From Octopus bimaculoides (Eukaryota), in contig NC_068985.1 of the NCBI RefSeq assembly GCF_001194135.2, positions 100,992,270 to 101,047,139 of the forward strand: a DNA stretch of 54,870 bases, in the 5' to 3' direction. The notes below the pieces were generated by a model that saw nothing but the letters and a program-made list of their open reading frames with translations, was not told where the DNA came from and made no database searches. Every line of letters begins with the position of its first letter. The stretch's first letter is position 1. Below are positions 1-12,415 of this stretch, one piece after another. Made by a program: the position numbers and the translations under genes.

Positions 1-39
<39 letters not shown>

Positions 40-433
40 CATACACATAGAAACACGCATACTGTGTATATATGCATATGCAAGGAACTGGGCTGTTTGA
101 CAATGATGGAGGATCTTTTCGAACCGTCGACCATACTGCACTTACATGCGTATATATTCGAGCGCAAACACACACTCACGGACATATACTCGCGCGCGCA
201 TATGAATATCAAACGTGTATTTATATATATGTCGACATAGTAGAAAACATAAAAAGAATGTAAGAGAGATATGGATACTAACAGACAGATAGAGAAACGG
301 ACACAGCTGGACAAAGAGGCAGTCTGACATGGAGATTGCTAGGCACCAATCGCTAGAATCAGCGGGTATATGTATATTAACAATGTATACCTTTAATGGA
401 TTACTGCTTATCGGCTTCTCGAAATTATATATA

Positions 434-681
434 TATATATTTATATATTTAATCCTTTATATTGAACACTCAATATTTCATCTATTCAATAAGACATATT
501 CCATATATTCAATAATACATTCAATACTTTATTTCATAGTACCATCCATTTTTATTTTATATTATATATTGTATATTGTATCATATATTGTATATTCCAT
601 ATTCTATATCCCAGATTGGTTTTGCAGGAATATAAATAAAACATAAAATACAGACAGTGTTGGAACTCTTTTAAACAAAAT
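434..681. repeat. Single arm of an AT-rich foldback (long-TIR) repeat family, truncated by a gap
   Basis: 451-681 closely matches 49798-50001 (same strand) and is the reverse complement of 49509-49735; ends at the N-gap starting at 682. Confidence 0.85.
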
Positions 682-1150
682 NNNNNNNNNNNNNNNNNNN
701 NNNNNNNNNNNNNNNNNNNNNNNNNNNNNNNNNNNNNNNNNNNNNNNNNNNNNNNNNNNNNNNNNNNNNNNNNNNNNNNNNNNNNNNNNNNNNNNNNNNN
801 NNNNNNNNNNNNNNNNNNNNNNNNNNNNNNNNNNNNNNNNNNNNNNNNNNNNNNNNNNNNNNNNNNNNNNNNNNNNNNNNNNNNNNNNNNNNNNNNNNNN
901 NNNNNNNNNNNNNNNNNNNNNNNNNNNNNNNNNNNNNNNNNNNNNNNNNNNNNNNNNNNNNNNNNNNNNNNNNNNNNNNNNNNNNNNNNNNNNNNNNNNN
1001 NNNNNNNNNNNNNNNNNNNNNNNNNNNNNNNNNNNNNNNNNNNNNNNNNNNNNNNNNNNNNNNNNNNNNNNNNNNNNNNNNNNNNNNNNNNNNNNNNNNN
1101 NNNNNNNNNNNNNNNNNNNNNNNNNNNNNNNNNNNNNNNNNNNATATATG

Positions 1151-1185
<35 letters not shown>

Positions 1186-1384
1186 TGTTGTATTTGGGGA
1201 AGGTCATGTTGCCAGTTTAACCAATAAAAACACACGCATTATATATCTGGAACGCTGCCTTTATTGTAAAGAAACTAATGATCTTCAGCGATATTTTCCA
1301 GTATTCATACAAATTTATCCGCATGAAAATTTCGCCAATCATCTAATATGCAAAATCCTCTTCACCAACAAATATCGATTTTGA

Positions 1385-1580
1385 AGTTTAGTACAAGACT
1401 AGCAATATCAGAGGAGCATGTAAATCGATTACATTGACCCCAGTATCTGCATGGTACATATTTCATCAACACTGGAGGGACTAAATATACAGTTAACCTC
1501 GGTGGGATTTGATCTCAGAATGCGAAGACGGGCTAAATACTGCTACGCATTTGTCCGACGTCCAAATGCTTGTGCCTCCT
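1385..1580 (-). mobile_element. SINE family B, diverged copy
   Basis: Collinear with the reverse complement of the B copy at 8730-8950 (atcgattacattgaccccag...aacctcggtgggatttgatctcagaa...). Confidence 0.7.
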
Positions 1581-1941
1581 CAAAACCTTATTAAATCAAT
1601 AAATAATAACCAACGTCTCGCTACGATTGTGACACTCCTCTTCGCGGCTATCCTTTCGTGAATATGATGTCCCCTGCCTTATGCTTCCCACATGTAATAT
1701 ACTACGTCCATCTTCATACGATGAAAGTACTGTGTAAACCTATGTCTACATGTTTATACTTACCTTCCAAAAACTACAGTCATATATGCTACATGCATAA
1801 ACGTTACTCATTAGTACTATATAAAAGCAGCAGTTGATATAAGACACACAATCAAATACTGAAATATACATACATACACACACACACACATATATATGCA
1901 TGTATGAACATATATATACATATATATTCATATGTATACAT

Positions 1942-1974
<33 letters not shown>

Positions 1975-2781
1975 NNNNNNNNNNNNNNNNNNNNNNNNNN
2001 NNNNNNNNNNNNNNNNNNNNNNNNNNNNNNNNNNNNNNNNNNNNNNNNNNNNNNNNNNNNNNNNNNNNNNNNNNNNNNNNNNNNNNNNNNNNNNNNNNNN
2101 NNNNNNNNNNNNNNNNNNNNNNNNNNNNNNNNNNNNNNNNNNNNNNNNNNNNNNNNNNNNNNNNNNNNNNNNNNNNNNNNNNNNNNNNNNNNNNNNNNNN
2201 NNNNNNNNNNNNNNNNNNNNNNNNNNNNNNNNNNNNNNNNNNNNNNNNNNNNNNNNNNNNNNNNNNNNNNNNNNNNNNNNNNNNNNNNNNNNNNNNNNNN
2301 NNNNNNNNNNNNNNNNNNNNNNNNNNNNNNNNNNNNNNNNNNNNNNNNNNNNNNNNNNNNNNNNNNNNNNNNNNNNNNNNNNNNNNNNNNNNNNNNNNNN
2401 NNNNNNNNNNNNNNNNNNNNNNNNNNNNNNNNNNNNNNNNNNNNNNNNNNNNNNNNNNNNNNNNNNNNNNNNNNNNNNNNNNNNNNNNNNNNNNNNNNNN
2501 NNNNNNNNNNNNNNNNNNNNNNNNNNNNNNNNNNNNNNNNNNNNNNNNNNNNNNNNNNNNNNNNNNNNNNNNNNNNNNNNNNNNNNNNNNNNNNNNNNNN
2601 NNNNNNNNNNNNNNNNNNNNNNNNNNNNNNNNNNNNNNNNNNNNNNNNNNNNNNNNNNNNNNNNNNNNNNNNNNNNNNNNNNNNNNNNNNNNNNNNNNNN
2701 NNNNNNNNNNNNNNNNNNNNTATATATATATATATATATATATATATGAATGTTTGTATGCATGTATGTATGTTTCTATGT

Positions 2782-2929
2782 ATGTAGGTAGTTACATAGG
2801 TGGGCAGGTAGATAGGTACGTGGGTAGTAGGTAGGTATGTAGATATGTAGGTAGGTAAGCTGGTAGGTAGCTGGGAAGGTAGGTAGGGATGTAGGTAGGT
2901 AGGTAGGTAGGAAGGAAGGAAGATAGGTA
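2782..2929. repeat. Imperfect (TAGG)n microsatellite, left flank of the rosa element
   Basis: Directly visible tandem TAGG/GAAG units. Confidence 0.9.
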
Positions 2930-4138
2930 CGAACTAGGGCAGACAGGACGGGGGTTTTTGAAAAAGTCACAAAATAATTAATTTAAGCGGCAAGAAATTC
3001 ATTGACATCAATATGTTTGTGTTGAATTCGCATTTGTCAAGATCAATTTTGGAAAGCAACATTCATCATGTGGTGTCCGTCTTCATTGATGCATTTCTGA
3101 AGGCGTTCTTGGAAGTTTGCTTCCAATCTCTCCAGCATTGTTCTGTTGATTTGAGCGATTTCCACGCTGATAGCGTCCTTGAAATCGTCCAAATTACGGG
3201 GTTTATGCGCATAGGTACGTGCCTTGAGGTTTTCCCACAAGAAACAGTAAGACGTGAATACATTAAGAGACCGGACGGGAAAGAAATGTCTGCAAACCTA
3301 GGAATGTGGCGGTCTCCGAAGAGAGGGCGAAGAACGTCCATTGATGCTCTGCCTGTGTAGGGCATCCCCCATCCTGCTGAAACCACACACGTCGAATAGG
3401 CATACGTTTCATCGTAATTCAGGTACAAAGAAGTTGTTCATCAACTCGATGTAGCGCTTGCTGTTCACATGGACAACATTTCCATTAGTGCCTTCAAGAA
3501 AGTAAAGAACAATGACCCAGCTTTTCTAGTAGCACACCAGACCACTACTTTTGGGCTGTGCAGTGGACTTTCGTTCAGTTTTCTCGGATTTTCAAATGCC
3601 CAATAACAACATTTCTATTCATTCACCATACAATTAAGAAGAAAATGAGCTTCATCCCTCGTTAACAATATGAGGTTGTCATTTGCCTAAAAAAATTTCT
3701 TGTATCTGACTTGCAAAGGGTATAGGCCCATGGTTTCAACTGCTGCGCATTGACCAATATGGACGGGTCGAAATGCAGGTCTTCATGCAAAATACGCCTT
3801 AGAGGTCGCTTGCCGTTGCCAAGTTCATTGAAATGCCTCCGACCAGAGTGACTGACGCGTTCCACATTTTCCGTGGTCCGTGTAAACAGCCTCATTTCGG
3901 TGAATATTGAAATGTCACCGAAACTCACGATCAAATGCTGTGGCAGACTCGTTATTATTTACGTAAAGACATAGGCAAACATGTGATTCTCTATCGTCCA
4001 CAGTGCCATGGCTGCTCCTTTGAATAAAAAAATACTAAGGCACCAATAGACCGAATGCTACCAGTCACACATATGTTCCTCCCACTGCGGCTAGTAACAG
4101 CCATTTCAAAAAACGTCCGTCCTCTTTGCCCCACCCTG
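2930..4138 (-). mobile_element. Tc1/mariner-superfamily DNA transposon, DD41D (rosa-type), defective, ~1.2 kb
   Basis: Imperfect ~33-bp TIRs: left TA|CGAACTAGGGCAGACAGGACGGGGGTTTTTGAAA at 2930; right ends TTTCAAAAAACGTCCGTCCTCTTTGCCCCACCCTG at 4138. Encloses a transposase remnant. Confidence 0.85.
3043..4009 (-). pseudogene. Frameshifted DD41D transposase (N-terminal HTH plus DDD catalytic domain)
   Basis: Manual translation across frameshifts: MALWTIENHMFAY..NNESATAFDREFR*HFNIHRNE; RRILHEDLHF; RDEAHF; PLHSPKVVVWCA; VWFQQDG; FLWENLKARTYAHKPRNLDDFKDAISVEI...DGHH. Reconstructed spacing from second D to the third catalytic position is 41 aa, and the third D is mutated to Y. A segment after the HTH appears deleted. 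Confidence 0.85.
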
Positions 4139-4143
4139 GAAGT

Positions 4144-4235
4144 TGGTAGGTAGGTAGGTAAGTAGGTAGGTATGTAGGTAGGTATGTAGGTAGGTAGGTA
4201 GCTAGATAGGTAGGTAGGCAGGTATGTAGGTAAGT
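4144..4235. repeat. (TAGG)n microsatellite, right flank of the rosa element
   Basis: Directly visible. Confidence 0.9.
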
Positions 4236-4876
4236 ATATGGCCTCATACAACCTTGGTTATCAATGAGTCATATTTTGCTTATTTAATTTATTTCAAAGA
4301 TGACGTAGAGAAAGGACGCGGAACTAACGGTCTTTGCAATCATGTGTTGCAATTATGCGTTGCCCTCACGTCGTCCTGTTACTCACGTTCTCTCACGTGG
4401 TTCTTTTCTTCAGGATAATATTTATTCCTGCTACGTTCAGGAGGCATTCTTTACATTTCTCGGCTTTTTGTTTCAATCTGTGGTTTAATTTTTGCCTACA
4501 AAATTTGTTAGTTATGATGTAATTACACATTTAGTAATCAGAACAGATGATTGGTCTTTGTACAGTTTATTTTAATCGTGCATGTTCAGAAAATGATGCA
4601 GAATTCTTAAGTGCACAGCCCTTCTTGAAGCCTGCATTTATTCTTCTAATCTACTTTACATTTCGCTTACTTTTTTCACAAGCGTCATATGGTGTTATCA
4701 TGACGGACGAGTTTTAGACGTCGAACATTTCCTATCCGTTTGAATTTTTTTTTTCCTTTACTTTTCGGCAGCCGATGGCTTGAGTTTCATTTGCAACGTA
4801 TTTGTTGAATGCCAGCTATCCGGACGTCATCAATCTTGGTAGGAAATTCACATGACAGTACGTGGTTTCCGAAGAG

Positions 4877-4879
<3 letters not shown>

Positions 4880-4935
<56 letters not shown>

Positions 4936-5118
4936 TATGTGTGTATGTTTAAGTGTGTATGTGCGTGTATGTGTAAGTGTGTGTGTACGTAAATGTCGAT
5001 CGATGAAATGAAAGCTCAACACCGCACTGGCAGATAGAGTTTCGTTATTTGAGGTTTAATGCTACCATTGGTTCCATAAGTGTTATAATATGTTGGTAAT
5101 TGGATCTTACTTTATACA

Positions 5119-5167
<49 letters not shown>

Positions 5168-5191
5168 GTCTGTAGACTCTCTCTCCCTCTC

Positions 5192-5229
<38 letters not shown>

Positions 5230-5230
5230 A
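4880..5230. repeat. (GT)n and (CA)n/(TA)n microsatellite pair
   Basis: Directly visible at ~4880-4990 and ~5118-5230. Confidence 0.9.
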
Positions 5231-5538
5231 AATAGTAAACGTAGTAATAGCTACACGGTGAATATGAATCATTCTTAAATTGAAACTGAAATTAATTCCT
5301 GTTTAAATTATTTGATTTTCTTATCCGAAAGATTTCATATTTCTTCGCTTGCGTTTAGTATTATAGGTGGCTCCCTTCTTTTTTTCTGTTATCAATCTCT
5401 CTATCGTGATGTCTGTCTCTCTCACATTATATACCCATGCGGACTATTTTTCTTACACGCCAACCACTTGATCTGTTCTTTCAATCAGAACGCACCATTC
5501 AAAATATTTCCTAGATTTACCTTAGATTTTTGCTTAAG

Positions 5539-5709
5539 GTGGTATGTCTTCGTGGAAATGCGGACCAAACTGCATACCTTCTGGAACAAGATGAACTGTG
5601 AGCTTTATTCTTCTATCTACAGTCTTATTCTTCTATACAGCCTGAATTCTCTGTCTGGAACTTTCCTGCGTACACAACTTGCTTCTGATGATGAAATACT
5701 CAGTGTAAG
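5539..5709 (+). other. Two phase-compatible exon-like segments (5539-5597, 5641-5709), product unknown
   Basis: AG/GTGAGC and strong TTCTTCTATACAG/AAG|GTAATG borders; joined peptide VVCLRGNADQTAYLLEQDELLNSLSGTFLRTQLASDDEILSV. The intron would be only 43 nt and no homology is recognised. Confidence 0.2.
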
Positions 5710-6012
5710 GTAATGTTGGCCCATCACCTGGGATATCTCAGAAACAGTTGTAAGACATTAATACATCCTAAATCTCCATGTGTGACTGAATTTACTTTAA
5801 TGAAATGTTCTATATGACCTGAAATAGTCGTCCTGCCTTAGTTTTGTTTTCTTTGTCCTTTCATATATACTGGCTGACTTGGAATCCCTAGCTAACTACG
5901 GATACCTAGCTCCAGCCTCAGCTATGAGCTTGGAACCTAATGAATAACCAATTATTGTACTTAAGCTGCGTACATATTCGTTTAAATCAATAGTAAACTA
6001 GACTCTTCATAT

Positions 6013-6046
<34 letters not shown>

Positions 6047-6311
6047 AACAGAAATGAATGTTTTGTGTAACAGCACTCCCCTACTGCATTTATAATCCAA
6101 AAGAAGATATTTTTCGTCGTTTTTTATGCAAACCGTACACGATAAAATTCCTTATCTTGTATGGAAATATGAACAGTAATTGAAAGGAAGATATAATCAT
6201 TACAATATTAAGTTCCCTGAAAGAAGCTTGTTTTGAGACTACTTATTTATTTCTGAATTTTAACAAAATAATTTTAGTCAGAATATAGCAAATTTTGTCG
6301 GAACAACTTAC

Positions 6312-6377
6312 TTCACAGTAGATTGATTGGAAGGTAAACAAAATTGTTGTTTAAAACATTTCATTAAATGTCCGAAT
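6312..6377 (-). other. Candidate 66-nt internal exon (phase 2-2)
   Basis: Minus strand acceptor GATTTCTTTTTATACAG and donor GAA|GTAAGT; open frame FGHLMKCFKQQFCLPSNQSTV; no homology recognised. Confidence 0.2.
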
Positions 6378-6942
6378 CTGTATAAAAAGAAATCTTTTAA
6401 ATGACATCTAAATATTGTTTGAAACGAAAACAATACGATTTATAAAACCTTTTCAAAAAATAACATTTAGTAGTTTCTAAGAATCTTCATCAAAATGTCT
6501 TCTGATACAATCATTAATTAGCCTAAAGGGGATATTTTTCTCATATTTTGTGTTTCTTTACCGTATTTGAAACATTGTAGAAGATATTAACAATATGTTT
6601 GAGAAAAAAAATCATGTTTCATTACATTTTTTTCTTCATTGTGCAAAGTTCTTTCGAATTTACAAAGATATTTTTCTTCCAAAATAATAGTATTTATTTA
6701 GATATATTATTTATGATTGTAAATTGTAGTAAATATATTAAAACGCCCACACAAATGAGCAAGAAATGGCTTCCCTATATCTTGGTCATTGAATGGTATT
6801 TTTTTTTCCTAAAATTACCTAGCTATTGATATACGAAAATATATATGAAACGGTTGAATTTATATTATTCGTCAATTCAATTGTCTAGAGACACTTAATA
6901 ATTTTTTCCGAAACATTTACCTAGAAAACTTTTTTGTATACG

Positions 6943-7620
6943 ATGGATGAGGCGGAAAATACGGCGTTCCAATTTCATTATAGATGTATGGTAAAACTAG
7001 TATACCAAAGTTTGGCGTTACGTGTTCTATAATGTGTATTGAGACATTGCGATTTCCTCCATGACCTCATATGTACTATAAAATATATATTTCATTTTTC
7101 AGCTCCTGTAAAAATTTCAAAAAATGCCACATGTTTGACGAAATTTCATCAGCTTGCATTTCTTAAATTCATGCTTATTTTACTAATTTAATTTCGGTTA
7201 TATGGAGATTAGATTGCTCTGCATTAAGGCATGATTCAAGCCTAGCTATTCACTTGTTTAAGATAAGGCTGTCATAGAGACTACAGGCGAATATTTTCGA
7301 AATATTTCTCAAGAATTTCTTGAGTCGGATGCTGTATATCAGTTGTAAGTATTTTATATCCAATAATGATGTCCTGGAAAAGGATCGTTAGTTTAATGTG
7401 GATGATCGACTCATCAACCCGCATGTTACACGTTGGTCATATTCTCCATCTTGATATTTCCGTCCTTCCAAATTGATTAATTGGTAGTGTCTTCAGCAGC
7501 ATGCCAAGTAATGATTATATAACCAGGCAAACTTGAATCACTCAGTACTAGCTCTGGTCATTGGGAGTATGTTGCAGGGCTCAGAATTGTTTGGAAAAAC
7601 TGCTAAAAGTCTATGTAAAA
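6943..7620 (+). other. Chain of four phase-compatible exon-like segments, product unknown
   Basis: 6943-6985, 7103-7132, 7263-7344 (TTTAAG / GTAAGT) and 7578 onward join in frame as MDEAENTAFQFHYRSPVKISKNATYKAVIETTGEYFRNISQEFLESDAVYQLAQNCLEKLLKVY. Model was assembled by eye. Confidence 0.22.
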
Positions 7621-8561
7621 ACGAATTGTTCATCGTCAGGTCGTAATATTTAAATTCTCTATATCTGCAACATTTTAATCGCTATTTTAAATGTTACGGA
7701 GTTAATGTAAGATATATGCATTACATTTTCGCATGAAAAGTGTTGCATTGAAAATGGTTATATGCGTCCATTTCCAGCAGCTGAACTGAAACACTACTGT
7801 CATTTATATCCATAATGTTTAAAGATCACAACTACTAGCAAGGAGAACATTAATTGTGGCCCATGCTGTTTTAATAGAAAATATCTAAAAAAAAAAAACA
7901 AAAGCAGCATTTAACAAATTTGCTTTTCTTTTGATCGAAAAAAATTATTTTATGTGTGCTTTGTGACAAGCGAAAATAAATGGAGTTTTCCGACAGATAA
8001 AGAGGATCCCTGCAGTGGCTAGACAGTTGAGTAGTTGCTACAAACTTTAGAGCAATTACTCAGTTTAGAGTCTAAAAGATAGACATGGTGCTTACTGTAT
8101 CAGTGTTCCCCAATCTTGGAGAAACAAAAGTCCTCCTTCTATAATTAGCATATATTTTAAAATTCAGTCATTCTTTTCTACAGACTGCCATTTTTTCTCT
8201 GAATTCCAGCAACTTCGGCGGCCGTTTAATTTTTTTTCTCTGAAAATGTCATATATTACTACTAAAGTTATTTCTGTGGCAACAACAATTATAATTTTTA
8301 ACAAAGGAGTTCCTGTAATGGTGCAAATGGAGTTGTGCGGTAAAAAGCTTTGCTTCCGAACCTCATAGTTTTGTATTTATCCCCCGCACATGGCTTCTTG
8401 GGGGTAACTGCCTTCTGCTATAGCCCCGGGTCGATCGAGGCCTTGAGTTTAGATTTGGGATGAGTATCATAGCTAAGCCGTGGTAAAAGATGATAGATGT
8501 TGCAAGATCCAGCGTTGAAAATATGCTCAAATTATAAGTAGCTAAGGCAATGAGATCCCAC

Positions 8562-8715
8562 ACTCGTTAGCACGCCGGGCTAAATTCTTAGTGGTATTTC
8601 CGCCGATATCGACTTTGCCACTCATCCTTCCGTGGTCAATGGAAAAAGTACCCGTGAAACATTAGGGTCGACGTAATCAACACACCTTTTGACCAAAATG
8701 GTTGCCCTTCAGAAA
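8562..8715 (+). mobile_element. SINE family B, internally deleted copy
   Basis: cgttagcacgccgggc..tcgactttgcc..catccttccg..ggtcgacgtaatcaac, collinear with 8730-8950 apart from a deletion. Confidence 0.7.
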
Positions 8716-8729
8716 AAATTTTAAACCAT

Positions 8730-8950
8730 TAAAGGCGTCAAGATGGCAGAAACGTTAGCACGCCGGGCGAAATACTTAGCGGCATGTCGTCTGTCTTTAC
8801 ATTCTGAGTTCAACTTCCGGCGAGATCGACTTTGCCTTTCATCCTTTCGGGGTCCATTAATTAAGTTCCACCTGCGTACTGGGATCGCTCTAATCCACTG
8901 GACCACTCCCGACAAAATTCGGGCATTGTGACTAGAGTATAAAATAGAAT
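8730..8950 (+). mobile_element. SINE family B, near full-length
   Basis: Head TGGCAGAAACGTTAG (A-box-like) ... GAGTTCAACTTCC (B-box-like), body tcgactttgcctttcatcctttcgggg, tail ggcattgtgactagagtataaaatagaat; many homologues in this window. Confidence 0.85.
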
Positions 8951-10309
8951 GATGGAATAGTACCCAGACTTAATAAAATAACTACGGGGTTCAATTCGTT
9001 CGAGTAAGTATCCTTCTTGATGGTTCCCGCGCATGAGAACTGTACAGTGTCTGCAACAAGTAAAAGATAATATTTAAAAGATAATCTTGCTAACACTTGG
9101 TAATATAACTTAAATGACTATAAAATTATAAATGCTAATTGCATTTTACCGTCTTGATTTTTTATGTTACACTAATTTAAAATTCAATGATATAATGGTT
9201 TAATATTTTTGAGTGTTGTTGTTCCTCTCATCAGTCATCTACTCTCCTTTTATACAGATGCTTTTATTAGTTCTCCACCACTACTATGCAATTTATTTCA
9301 TATCTTAGCTACTGATGTCTATACGATGAATATTATGATTATGGTTAATTGAACCACTTTTAAATATAATTTACGCTGGCGAATCGTTTTGCATTTACAT
9401 TTTCAGTTTACATTTTCTTTTTACTGGTGTCTCACTTAAATCTTTGTTATAGATTTAACTCCTTTGGATTCAGGTTACATTTTAACAGATAATTACACAA
9501 AAATATACTGACTTTCATTTGTACATTTTATTATTAATAAATATCATAGATACTCATGTGAAAAACTTTACACTTATTGAATATTGCAATTCTTCGGAGA
9601 TTCTGGTGACATAAGGAGCCGCGATTTCTTTAGGTATAAATGCCTATGACTTGAGGTCAATGTTTTAGTAGGTTAACCTGCTGATTTACCTTAGGTGAAT
9701 ATGATTTAAGATGTCATTCACCAATGGGATCAGGTTCTCTAACACATGCCCCTTCGCACCAATTTTTAGTGGACTTGAAACTTTTCCATCGGTTTGATAG
9801 GTTGCCGTTAAAGATTCGGAAAGTCTTAGGACTCCGTATACAATCAGCCTTCTCGTAACCTGACAGTAACTTGATAGTACTGGACGCTGGCAACTGTGTT
9901 GACGGTACTTGTATACTAATCACCGAGCGTGCTGTTACTCTTCAGGCGCTTGGAGGTTTTGTTGAGAACGCTACGTTCATTTCTGCCAGTGCACGAATGG
10001 AACACTATGTTTGATGAGCATCTGAACCGTGTGAAGTTAGCTGATAGGAGCTGGAAGAAAAGCTTCCGAAAACTTCCCAGTCATTTCTAACTGGGGAATA
10101 AAAACCGACTGGATTTGGCAAATACGCTAATGTAGTCATGGGACAAAAAGCACGAGGCATCTAGATCGTATCTAAAGAGTGTATGTCCCAGTACAGCAGT
10201 TAGGGATGGGATATTTTATATACAATTCAAAATGCTCATTTGTAGAAACCATAATATCGTGATCACTACAGCCCATCCATATAGATTTCATAAGTAAAGG
10301 CCTGTTAAA

Positions 10310-10700
10310 TGTGGAAGTCAACCACATTCTTATACAAGAGTTGACAATAAATATAGGAATGAAAGCTAGCCATTAAAATATTTATTAGACCGGAATTGGC
10401 GAGGTTTAGTATTTCGAGTTAGAGAAGTCTACACTTGACAGAAACCGATTTAGGACACTAAAGATGGTTCATTTGCAGCAACCGTGCTTGGAATGAAATT
10501 TATCCGTAGGCAATGCATCAAACACAACCATGACATAACCAGTATCATTGATAGGATACGTTGCTATGCAGCACGATGTTCAATTTTACATCATCTTGGA
10601 AATGAAGAGACTTACTGGAAAATCGCTTGCTGGAAATGGGAAAATGAAACAGTTAATCTATCTTCAAGAGATGTCCAAGACAAATTTTGTAAATACACGC
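10310..10700 (+). mobile_element. Highly degenerate RTE-like LINE ORF2 C-terminal fragment
   Basis: Translated remnants WKS.., LTETDL, VLG..ITSIIDRIR..GNEETYWKIA resemble the RTE thumb/C-terminal region. Confidence 0.4.
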
Positions 10701-11907
10701 ATCAACGTAATAACTTAATTATACATTGGTTCTCGTGAACGCTGTTTCCTAATTACCAGGTTTCCTTATACAGAGACACACACACGCATCTATATGGTGT
10801 ATATTTACATATAATTAAATGTGTGTGTGAGTGTACACACACACAAATATATGTCTGTGTTTGTGTATGTATGCATGTATGAATATGTATATACTTATAT
10901 ATACACACACATGCATATATATACAAAAACATACCCACAAAGATATATATATATATTTATATATATATATNNNNNNNNNNNNNNNNNNNNNNNNNNNNNN
11001 NNNNNNNNNNNNNNNNNNNNNNNNNNNNNNNNNNNNNNNNNNNNNNNNNNNNNNNNNNNNNNNNNNNNNNNNNNNNNNNNNNNNNNNNNNNNNNNNNNNN
11101 NNNNNNNNNNNNNNNNNNNNNNNNNNNNNNNNNNNNNNNNNNNNNNNNNNNNNNNNNNNNNNNNNNNNNNNNNNNNNNNNNNNNNNNNNNNNNNNNNNNN
11201 NNNNNNNNNNNNNNNTGTGTATGATTGTGTGTATATGTGTGTGTCCTGAAATAATTCTTCCCATTGTTTGTTATTTTCGTAATTAGACGAACAGCTGAAG
11301 TGAATATGTTGAAACAACGAGAGTATCTTTGAATGTTGTAACAATATCAAATAAAATCCCCTACCAAATTGAAAAGAATAATATAAAATATCGATAAAAG
11401 AGGTTAAAGCAATAATAACACTCATATAGACTATATAACAGAAACAAAAACTACCAGCAGCAAATTCATAAACGATCAGCTCGTTCGTTTTGTTTAACAC
11501 AATATTTGCAAACCCAAATTTAAAGTACACATTTATCATTTGTTTTATTTGAATTCTGACAGATTTAAATGGGTCTGTGGGTTTTAGGAATTCGATTTCC
11601 TAATTTGATATCTACGTATCTGTCATTTGAATATTTACGGATTCTACAGACGTATACTAGAAGAGGAACAGAAAAAAAATATATGCATATATGTATGATA
11701 AGACAGTTACGAACATATATGTAACAATCACATAAGACCGTATATATACATATCTACACACACAGACATGCACACACAAAACACGAACATGTATATATGC
11801 ATGTAGATGCGTATTTTTCTGTATGTTATTCTCTGTAGGCACGTGTGTATATGTTTGCGTTTATGGTTGTGTACATGTGTGATCATGTATATATGCATAC
11901 ACGCGTA

Positions 11908-11939
<32 letters not shown>

Positions 11940-12415
11940 NNNNNNNNNNNNNNNNNNNNNNNNNNNNNNNNNNNNNNNNNNNNNNNNNNNNNNNNNNNNN
12001 NNNNNNNNNNNNNNNNNNNNNNNNNNNNNNNNNNNNNNNNNNNNNNNNNNNNNNNNNNNNNNNNNNNNNNNNNNNNNNNNNNNNNNNNNNNNNNNNNNNN
12101 NNNNNNNNNNNNNNNNNNNNNNNNNNNNNNNNNNNNNNNNNNNNNNNNNNNNNNNNNNNNNNNNNNNNNNNNNNNNNNNNNNNNNNNNNNNNNNNNNNNN
12201 NNNNNNNNNNNNNNNNNNNNNNNNNNNNNNNNNNNNNNNNNNNNNNNNNNNNNNNNNNNNNNNNNNNNNNNNNNNNNNNNNNNNNNNNNNNNNNNNNNNN
12301 NNNNNNNNNNNNNNNNNNNNNNNNNNNNNNNNNNNNNNNNNNNNNNNNNNNNNNNNNNNNNNNNNNNNNNNNNNNNNNNNNNNNNNNNNNNNNNNNNNNN
12401 NNNNNNNNNNNNNNN

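Larger units (their letters stand above)
8325..9075 (+). mobile_element. Old SINE family A copy interrupted by family B insertions
   Basis: 5' part (ctatagccccgggtcgatcgaggccttgag..gatttgg) at ~8325-8480 and 3' part (aagtacc..ggggttcaattcgttcgagtaa..caacaagtaaaagata) at ~8950-9075 match family A. Confidence 0.55.

Noticed and set aside
3013-3360. 115-aa plus-strand ORF
   Set aside because: Antisense shadow of the DD41D transposase remnant.
4680-7620. Idea that the tiny-intron exon candidates come from a parasite contaminant (e.g. a dicyemid)
   Set aside because: The segment is contiguous with host-type microsatellites and SINEs, and the exon calls themselves are unverified.
9700-10130. GC-balanced stretch with short ORFs on both strands
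   Set aside because: No motif, splice pair or repeat match that I can support.
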